Virus record (IMG/VR): IMGVR_UViG_3300049460_000128
Span: 232,595 to 296,594 of that record
Direction: 5' to 3' (one strand)
DNA: 64,000 nucleotides
Shown: positions 1 to 10,836 of the stretch, one piece after another
Numbering within the stretch: the first letter of the stretch is position 1
Layout of the letters: each line of letters starts with the position of its first letter
Program-made: the position numbers and the translations under genes
The notes under the pieces: model-generated
What the model was told of the DNA's origin: nothing
The model's database searches: none
What the model saw: the letters and a program-made list of their open reading frames with translations, nothing else

Positions 1-1576
1 CAGAGATCTCGCCTTCCAGCAGAGTTACTTTGCCATCAACATACGCCAGCAGCGACGAATTCAGTGCAGTGTCAGCAGCCTTGTAAGCTGTGTCCATTGC
101 CTTGAGAGCAACGTCAAGAGCGGTCAGGGAGCTAACAACCGAAGTAGCCGAATTCAGGTAGTTGGTACCTGTGAATGTGGCAAACGTACCGTCAGTGTTC
201 AGACCAACAGCGCCTTCAATTGCATCAACTTCATCTTGCAGGGCCGTGATCGAACCCGAACCCAGAGCAGCCAGTGCATCCGATACCGATTTGATCTGTG
301 CATCCAACAGGAAGTCCGCACCTTTCAGTGTGGTAGCGCTGTTGATGTAGTTCGAAGTGGTTTCAGCTACATAAGCACCAGCAGCCGACAGACCAGCACC
401 TGCTTGCGTAGCATCCAGTTCACCCTGAACAGCAGTGATTGCAGCGCCACGAGCAGTAACTTCAGCCGACAGGTCAGTACGCAGAGCGGTGATTTCGGTA
501 GTCAGAGCATCCGAAACCTTAACACCAGTTGCACTCATCGACAACGACGAACCATCCAGTTTCAGAGTCAGAGTCGAATCAGCACCAACTTCATCTGGTG
601 TGAAGTGCAGACCACCAGTGCTCGATACTTGTACATCCAGACGGTTACCGTTTTTCAACAGACCCAGACCAGCAACGATCTGACCGGTACCAGTGAACTG
701 GACCCATGCAGTACCGTTGAATACCCAACCTTGTTGGTCAGCATCGTCAAACAGTGCCCAGCTTGTGCTTGGAGTTTGACCACCGTCAAAATCAGCACCG
801 TCGAAGGTGTAGATCTTGTTGTCAGCGTCAACCAGAACGCGATCGCCAGCAACCGAAGTCAGGGCATCACGTGCAGCAATGTCAGCAACCTTAGCGGTTA
901 CTGGAGCTTGCCAGGTCAGACCACCAGCAACGGAGTCAACGTAGTTCTTGGTAGCAGCGCCGAGTGGCAGTGTAGGGTCAGCATTCAGAATCAATGCGCC
1001 AGTCAGTGTGCCACCAGTCAGGTTCAGTTTCAGTGCTTCAGCGGCAGTTGCACGAGCAACTTCAGCAGCCAGTGCATCGGATACGCCAGTTACAGCAGTT
1101 GCGCGGTCAGCGATTTCGCCGGTCAGAGCAGCACCGACAGCTTCCAGAGCTTCTTTGAACGAGGTCTTACCGAATGCAGCAGAACCAGCAGCGAACGCAA
1201 CCAGAGTACCATCAGTACCCAGACCAACAGCGGTCTCGATAGCATTTACTTCAGTTTGCAGAGCAGTCGTGTTAGCGGCAGCTTGAGCAACAGCATCAGC
1301 AACAGCAGCGGTCAGCTGGCTGAAGTTGATTGCGTCACCATTTGCAGTACCATTTGCCACGTTAGTGACTTTGTTGGCACCCATGTCGATCGTTGCAGTA
1401 GCACCAACGGTCAGACCTGCAATCGTTGCGTTACCCGCATTGATTGGAGCAGCGGCTGAGCCAGCTGCATTTTTGAAAGTGAAAACATTTGTGTCGTTGA
1501 TCAGACGTGGACCAGCTTTACCAAACTGAACGTCTGTTGCTACACCAACGAGACCAAAATTCTTAATATTAGCCAT
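1..1576 (-). CDS. Virion fibre/structural protein, runs off the window edge
   Basis: Hand translation from ATG 1576 (MANIKNFGLVGVATDVQFGK...) is open to the edge; RBS AAGGAG; Ala/Thr-rich coiled coils; LTGALILNADPTLPLGAATKNYVD module shared with 15491..19381. Absent from the ORF track. Confidence 0.85.
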   Translation of the reverse strand, partial: MANIKNFGLVGVATDVQFGKAGPRLINDTNVFTFKNAAGSAAAPINAGNATIAGLTVGATATIDMGANKVTNVANGTANGDAINFSQLTAAVADAVAQAAANTTALQTEVNAIETAVGLGTDGTLVAFAAGSAAFGKTSFKEALEAVGAALTGEIADRATAVTGVSDALAAEVARATAAEALKLNLTGGTLTGALILNADPTLPLGAATKNYVDSVAGGLTWQAPVTAKVADIAARDALTSVAGDRVLVDADNKIYTFDGADFDGGQTPSTSWALFDDADQQGWVFNGTAWVQFTGTGQIVAGLGLLKNGNRLDVQVSSTGGLHFTPDEVGADSTLTLKLDGSSLSMSATGVKVSDALTTEITALRTDLSAEVTARGAAITAVQGELDATQAGAGLSAAGAYVAETTSNYINSATTLKGADFLLDAQIKSVSDALAALGSGSITALQDEVDAIEGAVGLNTDGTFATFTGTNYLNSATSVVSSLTALDVALKAMDTAYKAADTALNSSLLAYVDGKVTLLEGEIS

Positions 1577-1623
1577 CTTTAACTCCTTGTTATGATTTAA
1601 ATCCCCGAGTGGGTTTTCGTGGA

Positions 1624-1631
1624 TATTTATA
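1624..1631 (-). promoter_or_regulatory. T4-type late promoter TATAAATA
   Basis: Exact T4 late consensus about 50 nt upstream of ATG 1576. Confidence 0.75.
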
Positions 1632-1663
1632 TGAACCTAGGCGCCAATTTAACTCTGTGTTAA

Positions 1664-3658
1664 TCACAGATATGAAACAATGACTTTCGCCGCGCCTGTT
1701 GATGAACCAGCGGAGTCAAGATGTACAAATAATTCACCATCCTCATCACCTTCGTAGATGTAAGTGGTGTTGGCTTCGTACGAACCAATGTTTGAAAGAT
1801 CAGTATTGTCGCTAGTGATAACCTCGTCTGGGGTTGAGGCTGTACCAACACTGATAGTTGCTTGTGAGTTGAATGGAGTAGTCACCACAACAGTCACGTT
1901 CACGATTCGAGTACCTGACGAGACATTACCCAAAGAGACGACTGCCGAGTCTTTGGTGACGTCTACCGTCATTGTGCTGGCATCGGTCTTCGCTGAATCG
2001 TAGTTGGCAATCATGGTCCAAGTTGCACCAGTGCGAACATAGAGTTCCCATTCACCAGTCGTATTGCCATTTTGAACATAGACTTGATCACCAGAACGTG
2101 GGCTCGCGATTGCATTCAAGGCTGTGAGATTTGCAACAATCTGCCCGCTGCTGGTAGCAGTCATAGTTTTGTCCACAACCAAAGCCAAAGGCAACGAGCC
2201 GTTTGCGGCACTTTGAATGCCCGCGTCAATAGTGAATTGACCTGAAACATCCGTAACTGTGATTGCTCCGCCATCTGCGCGAATCAATTTCAAACGAGTT
2301 GTCGCCGCTGCTGGATTATTTTCCGGCACACCCAACATATCCGTGACCGTCTTGTCCTCGCCTGAAGTGGTTGTAGGTGTGACGTTTACGAAGTTGATAT
2401 CAAGTCCTTCTGATTGCGTAAAGACAACAAAACCGGTATTGGAATCAAATGATGCATAGACGCCATGGATTGCAGTTTGCTCATTAACCGATCGAATAAC
2501 ATCCCACCAACCAACTTGCCCAGAAGTACCAAAACTGATACTAGGGAGTGATACAATGGTTGATACTCCATTGATAGTGAATTGCATATTAGTGGTAGGA
2601 GTCGATGTTGGATACGCTACTGTACCAGATACGATAGTGCTTGGCGACCCCATAGATGCCGTGACACCATGATTTGCCGTTGTCGAATTGATGGCAGATA
2701 TGATGCTTGACGCATCAACCGTTGTATCACCTACAAAAGGAATTACATGATTATTCAGCTTAATGATGTTGCCAGGATATGTAACGGGCGTGTCAATTGA
2801 TCCAACCGTAAATGCTTTAACAGCATTGGTCATCTTGATGTAAAGGGCATTATTTCCACCTGTAATCACAGCACGGTCCCCGGTCACAGGATCAATGCCC
2901 AAAAGGTCACCTGCCACACCTGGTAGTCCAGGTTCAAGATCATCAATGATCTTTGTGCTTGGCGACAGATAAAAATAATGCGGCCCTGGTCCTACTGCCA
3001 ATACGGTACCGGCAATGTAGATGTCGTCACTTGTAGCATTGACGAATTTACCCGTGACGTTGTCAATACGTACCACTTGCCCTTCAGCAAATCCATGATT
3101 CAATTGGAAGAAACGGTTCTCTACAGTTGGATTGAACACACGAAAACGCGATTCAATTTGACTGGTGATCGTCAAGTCGATACCAACTGGTAATGGATTC
3201 AACACTGGCAACCCGTCATCGCCAAGTTCAAAAAATACCAAATTATTATTGGAAGCAAATGCTCCAGTACCTGTCTGTGATGCATCAGCGAACGTGTTAT
3301 AACGATCGACGTCTTCAACGATGCATTGGATTGACGTATCACTAAGGCTAATTATTGATACAATACGCACGGCCCGTGGCTCTGTGACGGAAAACACCCA
3401 CATTCCAGGTGTGATGTCCAAGCCCGTGTATGTATTTGGCACACGAGTCAGGTGACTGCTGTGTGCTGCTGAAAAAACATCGGCCGTTAAAATCCAACGA
3501 ACTGGAGCACCGATTACGCCTTGCCACCATTGATCACCAAAGCCATCGTCATACAGCCAACTCTCCAAACCCACAATAGTTTGCCCATAGCCAGTAATGA
3601 CCTTGCTGGGCAAATATTTGCGAATTGAGCTACTTGTTAAATTATTCTGAATTGCCAT
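1664..3658 (-). CDS. Virion structural protein (664 aa)
   Basis: Long beta-rich ORF in the late structural operon; coupled to the upstream gene by TAATG. Confidence 0.8.
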   Translation of the reverse strand: MAIQNNLTSSSIRKYLPSKVITGYGQTIVGLESWLYDDGFGDQWWQGVIGAPVRWILTADVFSAAHSSHLTRVPNTYTGLDITPGMWVFSVTEPRAVRIVSIISLSDTSIQCIVEDVDRYNTFADASQTGTGAFASNNNLVFFELGDDGLPVLNPLPVGIDLTITSQIESRFRVFNPTVENRFFQLNHGFAEGQVVRIDNVTGKFVNATSDDIYIAGTVLAVGPGPHYFYLSPSTKIIDDLEPGLPGVAGDLLGIDPVTGDRAVITGGNNALYIKMTNAVKAFTVGSIDTPVTYPGNIIKLNNHVIPFVGDTTVDASSIISAINSTTANHGVTASMGSPSTIVSGTVAYPTSTPTTNMQFTINGVSTIVSLPSISFGTSGQVGWWDVIRSVNEQTAIHGVYASFDSNTGFVVFTQSEGLDINFVNVTPTTTSGEDKTVTDMLGVPENNPAAATTRLKLIRADGGAITVTDVSGQFTIDAGIQSAANGSLPLALVVDKTMTATSSGQIVANLTALNAIASPRSGDQVYVQNGNTTGEWELYVRTGATWTMIANYDSAKTDASTMTVDVTKDSAVVSLGNVSSGTRIVNVTVVVTTPFNSQATISVGTASTPDEVITSDNTDLSNIGSYEANTTYIYEGDEDGELFVHLDSAGSSTGAAKVIVSYL

Positions 3659-4359
3659 TAGAAGGTCACCACAATTTGAACAAAACCGTTGGCAATGGTC
3701 GCCATTGTTGAGACCAATTGATACTGGAAAGTTGTGGTGTTCAAGGCCGTCGTACCAGAGGTCGCCATCTTGACAACACCGGTTGCGGCTGTATTACCAC
3801 CTGAAACATAGACATAGAGTGGATTAGAAGTTGACGTAGTACCAACCCAGAAATTGACTGATTTTGGTGGACGACCAACGTTGTGCGTAATGGTCGTAAC
3901 GCCACTAGCAACGGATACAGACCAACCAGATGGCAAATTAGTTGTCAGCGTGGTTGCGGCATCAGCACCATTGGTTGTAGTATTACCGGCATTCATTTGG
4001 GAAGTGAAAATAAACACACCTGGGGCGATACTGTTCGCAGGATTGGCACCACCGCCACCTGATGCTGCATCGAGCGTAACGGTGGTACCGTTGTCAGTAA
4101 CAGTCATGTTGGTGCCAGCAACCAGCTTCTTGAATTCGAAATTACTACCAGTCTTTTGATTGAACACACCCACGCCAGTTGCACCAACGTTCGATGCCGT
4201 TTCAGCACCAATTTCAACAATGGAATCAGAGCCATTATTCTTCTTCATGAACAGCTTACCATCATTGGTATTCATTGCCAACTCACCCAATGCCAAGTCG
4301 GTTGTCAGTGGAATCTTTGATGCTACCGCGCTACGTTTAATCTTAATCACTTGTGCCAT
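3658..4359 (-). CDS. Fibre protein with Mtd_N-like N-terminus (233 aa)
   Basis: IKIKRSAVASKIP...LALGELAMNTNDGKLFMK matches the major tropism determinant N-terminal motif. Confidence 0.8.
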   Translation of the reverse strand: MAQVIKIKRSAVASKIPLTTDLALGELAMNTNDGKLFMKKNNGSDSIVEIGAETASNVGATGVGVFNQKTGSNFEFKKLVAGTNMTVTDNGTTVTLDAASGGGGANPANSIAPGVFIFTSQMNAGNTTTNGADAATTLTTNLPSGWSVSVASGVTTITHNVGRPPKSVNFWVGTTSTSNPLYVYVSGGNTAATGVVKMATSGTTALNTTTFQYQLVSTMATIANGFVQIVVTF

Positions 4360-4375
4360 ATGGCCTCCAGAAGGT

Positions 4376-4400
4376 AAAAAGGGGAGCTATATAGCTCCCC
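4376..4400 (-). terminator. Intrinsic terminator
   Basis: GGGGAGCTAT/ATAGCTCCCC inverted repeat with a U-run on the minus strand. Confidence 0.7.
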
Positions 4401-4428
4401 TGTGGTTCAACTATATGTTCCTATTTAC

Positions 4429-5718
4429 TTAGAACGAGCCGCCATCCAAATCAGCAGCAGTCAAGTAACCAGCATCATTGGTGAATGCACTAACGACGGT
4501 TGGAGCCGTGTACGAAATTACACCCGTTGATGTGTTGTATGCCAGCGAACCAGTTACCGATATTGCTGCACGAGCGTTCGTGTCAGTGTAAGCAGCTGGG
4601 ATGGTTGGTTTGTTGGTCAAGTCAGTGTAGCTGCCCGATGTAGCTACAGTTGCCAGACCAGTGATCTTGGCAGTTGACAAAGTACCACCGATCGAACCCA
4701 AGCTCAAGTTTGCCTGGTTAACGTCAACCGAGATCGAACCACTCGAAGTGATTGGCGAACCTGAGACAGTGATCGTACCGCTCGACGACAGAGCAACACT
4801 AGTAACCGTACCAGTACCACCACCAGTAGCCAATGCGGACAGATCCAAGATACCAGTTGTCGAATTGTAGGTAGCACCTGACGAGCCAGCAGTCAAGCTG
4901 ATGGCTGCACGAGCCAAGGCGTCAGTGTATTGAGTTGGGATTACTGGTTTGTTGATCAGGTCAGTGTATGAACCCGTAGTAGCGACTGTGGTCAGAGCTG
5001 GTTTACCAGTCAACGATGCATAAGCGCCATCGAACAGTGTTGGTTTGTTGGTCAAGTCAGCATACGAACCTGATGTTGCAACGGTTGCATATGTTGGTTT
5101 GCCAGTCAATGACGCATACGTGCCATCGAATGTTGGCGTACCTGACAGATCGGAGTAAGCACCCGAGAAAGCGACCGTTGCCAGTGCCGAGGTGTTTGCC
5201 TTCAGGGCAATGCTGTTGGTAACAGTGGTTGCAAAGTTTGCATCAGCACCCAGAGCATCCGACAGTTCTTTCAGGGTATCCAGTGTGCCTGGTGCGCCGT
5301 TGACCAAAGAAGCAACCTTGGTATCAACATACGACGTTGAAGCAGCACCAGAGATGTCACTGGTGGTCAGTACAACGGCGCCAGTACGACCGGCGACGGA
5401 AGTAACAGCACCACCGGCGCCCAGTACAGCGGCGTCCAATTGACCTTTGGTGATTGCATGACTAGCCGCTGTACCATCTGGAATGGTTACTGCGGCTGTG
5501 AATGTTTTTGCACCCGTGATAGTATCATCACCGGTGATCGACACCATTGCTTTACCACCGATTGCTTCAATTGTAGTTGCAGAACCACCAGCGCCACCAG
5601 TACCTTTACCGTAGTACAGGACGCCATCAACTTCATTGAATGCCAATTCGGCATTTTGCAGGGATGCTGGAGCGCCAGCTGCACCGCTTGTACGGCGTTT
5701 AATACGAATAACTGACAT
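4429..5718 (-). CDS. Fibre protein with Mtd_N-like head and ATVAxSGxYxDLxNKP repeats (429 aa)
   Basis: MSVIRIKRR...LQNAELAFNEVDGVLYYG; GAPGTLDTLKELSDALG motif; internal repeats. Confidence 0.85.
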   Translation of the reverse strand: MSVIRIKRRTSGAAGAPASLQNAELAFNEVDGVLYYGKGTGGAGGSATTIEAIGGKAMVSITGDDTITGAKTFTAAVTIPDGTAASHAITKGQLDAAVLGAGGAVTSVAGRTGAVVLTTSDISGAASTSYVDTKVASLVNGAPGTLDTLKELSDALGADANFATTVTNSIALKANTSALATVAFSGAYSDLSGTPTFDGTYASLTGKPTYATVATSGSYADLTNKPTLFDGAYASLTGKPALTTVATTGSYTDLINKPVIPTQYTDALARAAISLTAGSSGATYNSTTGILDLSALATGGGTGTVTSVALSSSGTITVSGSPITSSGSISVDVNQANLSLGSIGGTLSTAKITGLATVATSGSYTDLTNKPTIPAAYTDTNARAAISVTGSLAYNTSTGVISYTAPTVVSAFTNDAGYLTAADLDGGSF

Positions 5719-5780
5719 ATGAATATTCCTTCAAAAAGCGACGAACATTTCCGAGGTTGGTCGCTGGAGTTAAGTATTGT

Positions 5781-5787
5781 TATTTAG
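5781..5787 (-). promoter_or_regulatory. Late promoter CTAAATA
   Basis: Upstream of 4429..5718, next to the TCGAGATA/TATCTCGA hairpin at 5788-5809. Confidence 0.6.
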
Positions 5788-5809
5788 TCGAGATATTGAT
5801 TTATCTCGA

Positions 5810-7939
5810 TTAGAAGTTACCGCCGTCTGTCAAATCTGAAACAATCATTGTGGTGTTCCATTTTTGTGCTTCAGCATCCCAAACCAAAATAGATTGATCT
5901 GTTAAACCTGCAATCACTACATCGTCCAAACCATTCAGGAAGGTCGCCCCTGGCAAGCCATCAGCGCCAGCTGGGCCTTGTTCGCCCTGTGGACCTTGTT
6001 CACCCGGCAAGCCCTGTGGACCGATTGGACCTTGAATACCCTGTTCGCCTTGCGCACCATCAGTACCGTCTACACCGGCTGGACCAATTGGGCCAATTTC
6101 GCCAGGAACGCCTTGTGGGCCCTGAATACCCTGGTTACCAGTGTCACCCTTGTCGCCTTTAGGGCCGGTTGACGAAGTCCAGTTATAGTTGGTACCATCC
6201 CAGTGCAGATACGTATCAGCTACTGATGGAGTCGCGACTGTGGACAGATTGCCCGTGCCGTTACCAACGATCAGAGAGTTCGAGGCAAATGCCGTTACAC
6301 CAGTACCACCGTGTGCAACATTCAATGTACCACTCAGGTTGTTCAAGGTCAGGTTCGATTCAACCAGATCAATAACGAATGAACCGTTTGATGTGATTGG
6401 GCTGCCAGTTACTGACAACTTGTTCGAACCAGAAGTCAATGCCACACTTGTTACCGTGCCAGTACCGCTAGATGCCAATGCCCAAGTAAAGGCTGTGCCA
6501 TCCCATTTCAGAACACTATTGGCCAATGTCGGAGCAGCAATGAAGTTCACTGCGCTTGTACCATTACCAACCAGGATGCCATTTACGGTATGAATCGTAC
6601 GACCAGTACCACCCTTTGTTGTGCTCAACGAACCACCCAGGTTGTTCAAAGTCAGTGCTGACTCATTGACGTCGAAGTCAAATGTGCCGCTGCTTGTGAT
6701 GGTGCCACCGTTTACAATGATCTTGGAACTCAATGCGTTAGCGGTGATGCTAGTAACCGAACCCAAGCCAACTGCTGGTTTGTTCGTCAGGTCGTTGAAC
6801 GAACCCGAGAATGCAACCGTGGCAAATGTTGGTTTGCCCACGATATCGTTGTACTGACCAGTCGTTGCAACCGTGGACAAATCAGCGAGATCGGAAGCCG
6901 ACAGAGTTGCGTATTCCAAGCCGGATGCAGAGCTGTTGACACGCATGACTTGCTTGGCCGAACCGATAGTCGTCAGACCCGTACCGCCCTTAGCTGTTGG
7001 TAATACACCGCCAATGTTAGCGTGGTTCAAGTTTGATTCAACGATGTCTACCGTGAAGGTGCCAGTCGAAGTAACTGGGGAACCAGTCACAGTGACTTTG
7101 TTGGATGCAGCCGACAAGCCAACACTCGTAACCGTACCCAGAGTACGCCATACAAATGCCGAACCATTCCACATGATGGTTTGATTTGCCGCAGTCGGTG
7201 CGACAGTTGAGGTCAATGCAGAGCTACCACCAACCATCAGACCATTGGTCGTGAAGGTCGTTGCGCCAGTACCGCCTTTGCTAACTGCCAGATTACCAGA
7301 CAGGTTATTAATTGCGATGTTGGATTCAACCACATCCAAGGTCACAGTGCCCGTCGAAGTAACGGTACCATTGACAATGCTCAGACGTGACGAATTGGCT
7401 TGCAGTGTGATGCTCGTAACACCGCCGCTACCGCTACCGTTACCGTTACCATTATCAGCTGGGACGATCCATTCATAGTCCATACCATTCCAGGTAAGAA
7501 CTGCGCCTAAGTCTGAAGGAACTGCGATTGACTGAATAGCAGCAGCACCGTTACCCAACAACAGAGCATGGACGGGCAAGCCGTCTGCACCTGCACCAGT
7601 ACCACCTTTCTGCACATTCAGGATACCTTGAAGTTCGTTCAAGGTCGTGGAAATTGCACCAGTTGCCGTCAGTGTAAGGGTCTCTGCATCACCTTCGATA
7701 GAGATACCATCACCAGCTACAATTGAGCGGAATTGAAGCTTTACGTCGTGTTGGCCGTTTGAACCCGCATAGATGCCGTTGCCGATACCCAGGTTGTCAC
7801 CCAACACCGATGAGACTGTATTTGTTGCTGAATCACCAGCAGTATCCGATGATGTAGATGGGCCTGTAGTTGGGCCCGCATCAACCGGAGTATTATAGAT
7901 CGGTTTACCGTCAGTACCGATGCCGTATTGTTGTGACAT
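5810..7939 (-). CDS. Fibre protein with repeated GTVTSV...GGTG modules and a collagen-like Gly-X-Y segment (709 aa)
   Basis: Four roughly 50-aa modules; continuous GXY run [13 protein letters not shown]...GLPG near the C-terminus. Confidence 0.85.
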   Translation of the reverse strand: MSQQYGIGTDGKPIYNTPVDAGPTTGPSTSSDTAGDSATNTVSSVLGDNLGIGNGIYAGSNGQHDVKLQFRSIVAGDGISIEGDAETLTLTATGAISTTLNELQGILNVQKGGTGAGADGLPVHALLLGNGAAAIQSIAVPSDLGAVLTWNGMDYEWIVPADNGNGNGSGSGGVTSITLQANSSRLSIVNGTVTSTGTVTLDVVESNIAINNLSGNLAVSKGGTGATTFTTNGLMVGGSSALTSTVAPTAANQTIMWNGSAFVWRTLGTVTSVGLSAASNKVTVTGSPVTSTGTFTVDIVESNLNHANIGGVLPTAKGGTGLTTIGSAKQVMRVNSSASGLEYATLSASDLADLSTVATTGQYNDIVGKPTFATVAFSGSFNDLTNKPAVGLGSVTSITANALSSKIIVNGGTITSSGTFDFDVNESALTLNNLGGSLSTTKGGTGRTIHTVNGILVGNGTSAVNFIAAPTLANSVLKWDGTAFTWALASSGTGTVTSVALTSGSNKLSVTGSPITSNGSFVIDLVESNLTLNNLSGTLNVAHGGTGVTAFASNSLIVGNGTGNLSTVATPSVADTYLHWDGTNYNWTSSTGPKGDKGDTGNQGIQGPQGVPGEIGPIGPAGVDGTDGAQGEQGIQGPIGPQGLPGEQGPQGEQGPAGADGLPGATFLNGLDDVVIAGLTDQSILVWDAEAQKWNTTMIVSDLTDGGNF
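5950..6170 (-). repeat. Collagen-like Gly-X-Y coding repeat
   Basis: 9-nt periodicity; translates to more than 20 GXY triplets. Boundaries approximate. Confidence 0.85.
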
Positions 7940-7959
7940 ACAAATTCTCCAGAAATATC

Positions 7960-8373
7960 TTAATTATTAATTAGCACTCGGTCAACCTGACCAAGGAGGC
8001 CCGCCAGTACATTTGCTTCTGTTCCAGGAATGGACAGATCACGATCTACTCGCACGCGGATCCATGTAAAATTTCCAATTATGTTCATGCCAACCGTACC
8101 AGTATCACCCGTAATACCAGTAGGGTTTACGGGATCTTTAGGATAATTCAAAGAAGGACTGCCCTGAATGATGATCGGAAACCAATCAAATTCTGTCGGA
8201 TCGTTGGCAATACTGGCTTCAAACCAAACACGCCCAGTAAAATTCAACAGGTAGATGGATACAGTATGGAGACCATCCGTATAGCCATACCAACCATCAG
8301 CACGAATTTTATCACCCGTGACCGCTAGCTGACCCATAGTATTACTTAACATTACGATGCTAGTTTTGCTCAT
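7960..8373 (-). CDS. Conserved late/structural hypothetical protein
   Basis: RBS AAGGA before ATG 8373; late promoter ATAAATA at 8396-8402; [17 protein letters not shown] motif. Confidence 0.75.
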   Translation of the reverse strand: MSKTSIVMLSNTMGQLAVTGDKIRADGWYGYTDGLHTVSIYLLNFTGRVWFEASIANDPTEFDWFPIIIQGSPSLNYPKDPVNPTGITGDTGTVGMNIIGNFTWIRVRVDRDLSIPGTEANVLAGLLGQVDRVLINN

Positions 8374-8439
8374 GATAGATCCTTGGATTTTCATCTATTT
8401 ATTATTTGAGGACCAGAATTAAAGCAGTATCATCCACTC

Positions 8440-9123
8440 ATGACCTCATTACACACATTCGCAGCATGGCGCAATGATCCCATTTGCAAATCATTTGAAT
8501 ATCTGGACACCCTGCTGGATGGACTCAACTATGTGATTGCTGGTGGCTCGGTTAGAAAATTATTCCTGCACGAGCCCATTGAAGACTCAGACATTGATGT
8601 CTGGTTTTATGACGAAGAGTCGTTGACTACAGCTAAGAATCGCCTGATGGATATCATGCGCCCAAATATCCATCACAATGTCAATCTACCGTGGAGTAAG
8701 CCATTCTTCAATACGTTTAGCCTGTGTTCACATTCAGAATTTGGCTATACGCTCGTGTATGAAGATGTAATTGGTTTGACTACGGGAACAACAGTTCAAT
8801 TGCTACGCAAGCAATCAACCAATAATGGCATTGACGGTGTGATTGGAGTCTTCGACTATACGATCTGCCAGTTTGGATACTCGAAAGGAACGATCTATGC
8901 TACACAGGCAGCGATGGCTGATCATCAGGCAGGCATACTACGCCTCAATGAAAAATACGATCCCAAGGTCTGCTATGACCGCGCCTTGAAGTATATTGGG
9001 AAGGGTTATACGCCAACAAGAGACCTGTTCGACAAACTGTTTCTGCATGACCGTCAAACTTTGACGCACAGCTCAATCGATATTGAAAATTTGAACTATA
9101 CGGATATATTCAAACGTGTCTAA
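8440..9123 (+). CDS. Nucleotidyltransferase (PolyA-pol/CCA-adding head-like)
   Basis: IAGGSVR...SDIDVWF and FDYTICQF motifs of the pol-beta NTase superfamily. Confidence 0.75.
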   Translation: MTSLHTFAAWRNDPICKSFEYLDTLLDGLNYVIAGGSVRKLFLHEPIEDSDIDVWFYDEESLTTAKNRLMDIMRPNIHHNVNLPWSKPFFNTFSLCSHSEFGYTLVYEDVIGLTTGTTVQLLRKQSTNNGIDGVIGVFDYTICQFGYSKGTIYATQAAMADHQAGILRLNEKYDPKVCYDRALKYIGKGYTPTRDLFDKLFLHDRQTLTHSSIDIENLNYTDIFKRV

Positions 9124-9511
9124 ATTCAACGACCTTGACGTCTCATTGGTGATGAGCAAGCTGAGTTCCGGAATTGCATACACTCAGGTAAAAACTACGC
9201 GAAAGAACTGGCAAATTGTTGTAGTGGCCGGAGTACCAATTGAATTCCGTCAACTGTGCATTCTCATGCTGTCTTGGGCAAGTGGTAATTTTAGAGATGA
9301 GTTACGAAATCAATTCCATGACGACACCATGGCAATGTGGAGAGACATCAAATGGCTTCCTGGCAAGAAAGTCAAAGATGACGAGTGGGACTTGCCGTTT
9401 TTCTGTATGAAGGCATTGAAAGCAGCATCGAGTGATACTGCTGCCGAACTTGATCTGCTGCCACTTGCACAGCAGATCAGTCGAGAACTACACGAAGCAG
9501 TTACTCTTTAG
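9116..9511 (+). CDS. Hypothetical protein
   Basis: GTG start overlapping the NTase stop; 131 aa. Confidence 0.6.
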   Translation: MSKFNDLDVSLVMSKLSSGIAYTQVKTTRKNWQIVVVAGVPIEFRQLCILMLSWASGNFRDELRNQFHDDTMAMWRDIKWLPGKKVKDDEWDLPFFCMKALKAASSDTAAELDLLPLAQQISRELHEAVTL

Positions 9512-9680
9512 AGACTTCCACTACAGCGCCAGTACCAGCAACCAGTTCACCAACAATTGCTTCCAATTGTTCGCATACTTCAACGGGGGTGGCGTGGTCC
9601 TCTGCTACGAAATCTTCCGGGTTGCCCTTTACTACTTTGCTGATAGTGACTTTGATGGTTTCGGTGTGAATGAATGCCAT
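9501..9680 (-). CDS. Small hypothetical protein (59 aa)
   Basis: RBS AAGGAG then MAFIHTETIKV. Confidence 0.7.
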   Translation of the reverse strand: MAFIHTETIKVTISKVVKGNPEDFVAEDHATPVEVCEQLEAIVGELVAGTGAVVEVSKE

Positions 9681-9725
9681 GATAATACTCCTTGAGTTAA
9701 AGTAGTATTTATCTTTCATGTAAAG

Positions 9726-9749
9726 AAAAAGCCGGGTTGCCCCGGCTTT
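9726..9749 (-). terminator. Intrinsic terminator
   Basis: GCCGGG-ttgc-CCCGGC with a U5 tract on the minus strand. Confidence 0.75.
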
Positions 9750-9752
9750 CGC

Positions 9753-10163
9753 TTATTCCTCGGAGTATTCCAAGTCATCTTCGTCTTCGTCTTCGTCTTC
9801 GTCTGATTCATATACCACATCAGCTTCTGGACGAACTTTTGGCTTACGGCCACGGCGTTTAGGTGCGTCGTTATTCATGCCATCTGCCCTGATACCATGA
9901 ATCAATCCCAATGCGGCTGGATCCAGGCCTTCAATTTTCTTCAGACCCAAGTAGTCAGTTTCAACTACCTCCATGGCATCGTTGGTCAATTCAATAATGG
10001 TATTGAATGCAAACGGGTGAGTATAAAAACGCTTGACCTTAAATGTACCTTTGGCTTTTACCAACTTTCCTTTCTCATTTTCTTTGTCATATTGGGCTTC
10101 AACGGTCATTCCCGGAGTGATCAGTTTCAGTTCGAGAAGGCGGCGAAAGAGTGCTGGGTGCAT
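9753..10163 (-). CDS. Hypothetical protein with KRRGRKPK motif and acidic tail
   Basis: 136 aa; basic AT-hook-like motif followed by ESDEDEDEDEDDLEYSEE. Confidence 0.75.
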   Translation of the reverse strand: MHPALFRRLLELKLITPGMTVEAQYDKENEKGKLVKAKGTFKVKRFYTHPFAFNTIIELTNDAMEVVETDYLGLKKIEGLDPAALGLIHGIRADGMNNDAPKRRGRKPKVRPEADVVYESDEDEDEDEDDLEYSEE

Positions 10164-10836
10164 GAATGGTACCTTTGTTATTGTTATTATTTTTGGTATG
10201 CACTACTGGTTCAACTATGATTGCACGAGCAACATTTTTGATAATTCCAGAATACGTCAATTTTGTCATAAGCACGTCATCCTCGTGTTTCAAATAACAG
10301 ATGAGGGATGCACTTGACGATCGTAGTTTAACACGACTGGCGTCGTTTTCGTCAGCCAAGGTGGCAACACACCACTGTATTACTTCAGCGGTTGTTTGCT
10401 TGCCAAGATTTGTCTGAAATGTGACCTTCCATTCATACTCGTTATGAAACCAATGTGAACGATACACAACAAAGCCATTCGATCGCAAAACGTCAATCTG
10501 ATCCTCAACACTTGGTTGCATGATCTCAGATATATGATAGCGACACGTGATCTCAGCCACCTTACAAAAGTGGTCAAAGTCAGTTTTTTCCGCGAAGTAG
10601 AATTTCCAAGAACTACGGCGCCCCTTTGTGAGCTTGAACCGTTCCTCGGTATCTGGGCATGCAGCCATAAGAGCGTCAAGTGACTTCTTTGACATGCGCC
10701 CTACACGGTAATCCATTTGATCCCTGAAAACCCAAGACCCACCAGGATTATGAATGGCAACCACATAGGCGTACTTCCCCCACATGATTTTAGGCAGAGT
10801 CGAATACTTGACCCTGTGCTTTGATGCTAACGACAT
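10099..10836 (-). CDS. Hypothetical protein, tandem two-domain member of the FxDExDA family
   Basis: Two motif copies: FYFAEKTDFDHFCK and CYLKHEDDVLMTKLTY. Confidence 0.7.
   Translation of the reverse strand: MSLASKHRVKYSTLPKIMWGKYAYVVAIHNPGGSWVFRDQMDYRVGRMSKKSLDALMAACPDTEERFKLTKGRRSSWKFYFAEKTDFDHFCKVAEITCRYHISEIMQPSVEDQIDVLRSNGFVVYRSHWFHNEYEWKVTFQTNLGKQTTAEVIQWCVATLADENDASRVKLRSSSASLICYLKHEDDVLMTKLTYSGIIKNVARAIIVEPVVHTKNNNNNKGTIHAPSTLSPPSRTETDHSGNDR

Noticed and set aside
236-1459. 407-aa plus-strand ORF
   Set aside because: Antisense shadow of the real minus-strand structural gene (1..1576); Ser/Gln/Cys-rich nonsense composition, no RBS.
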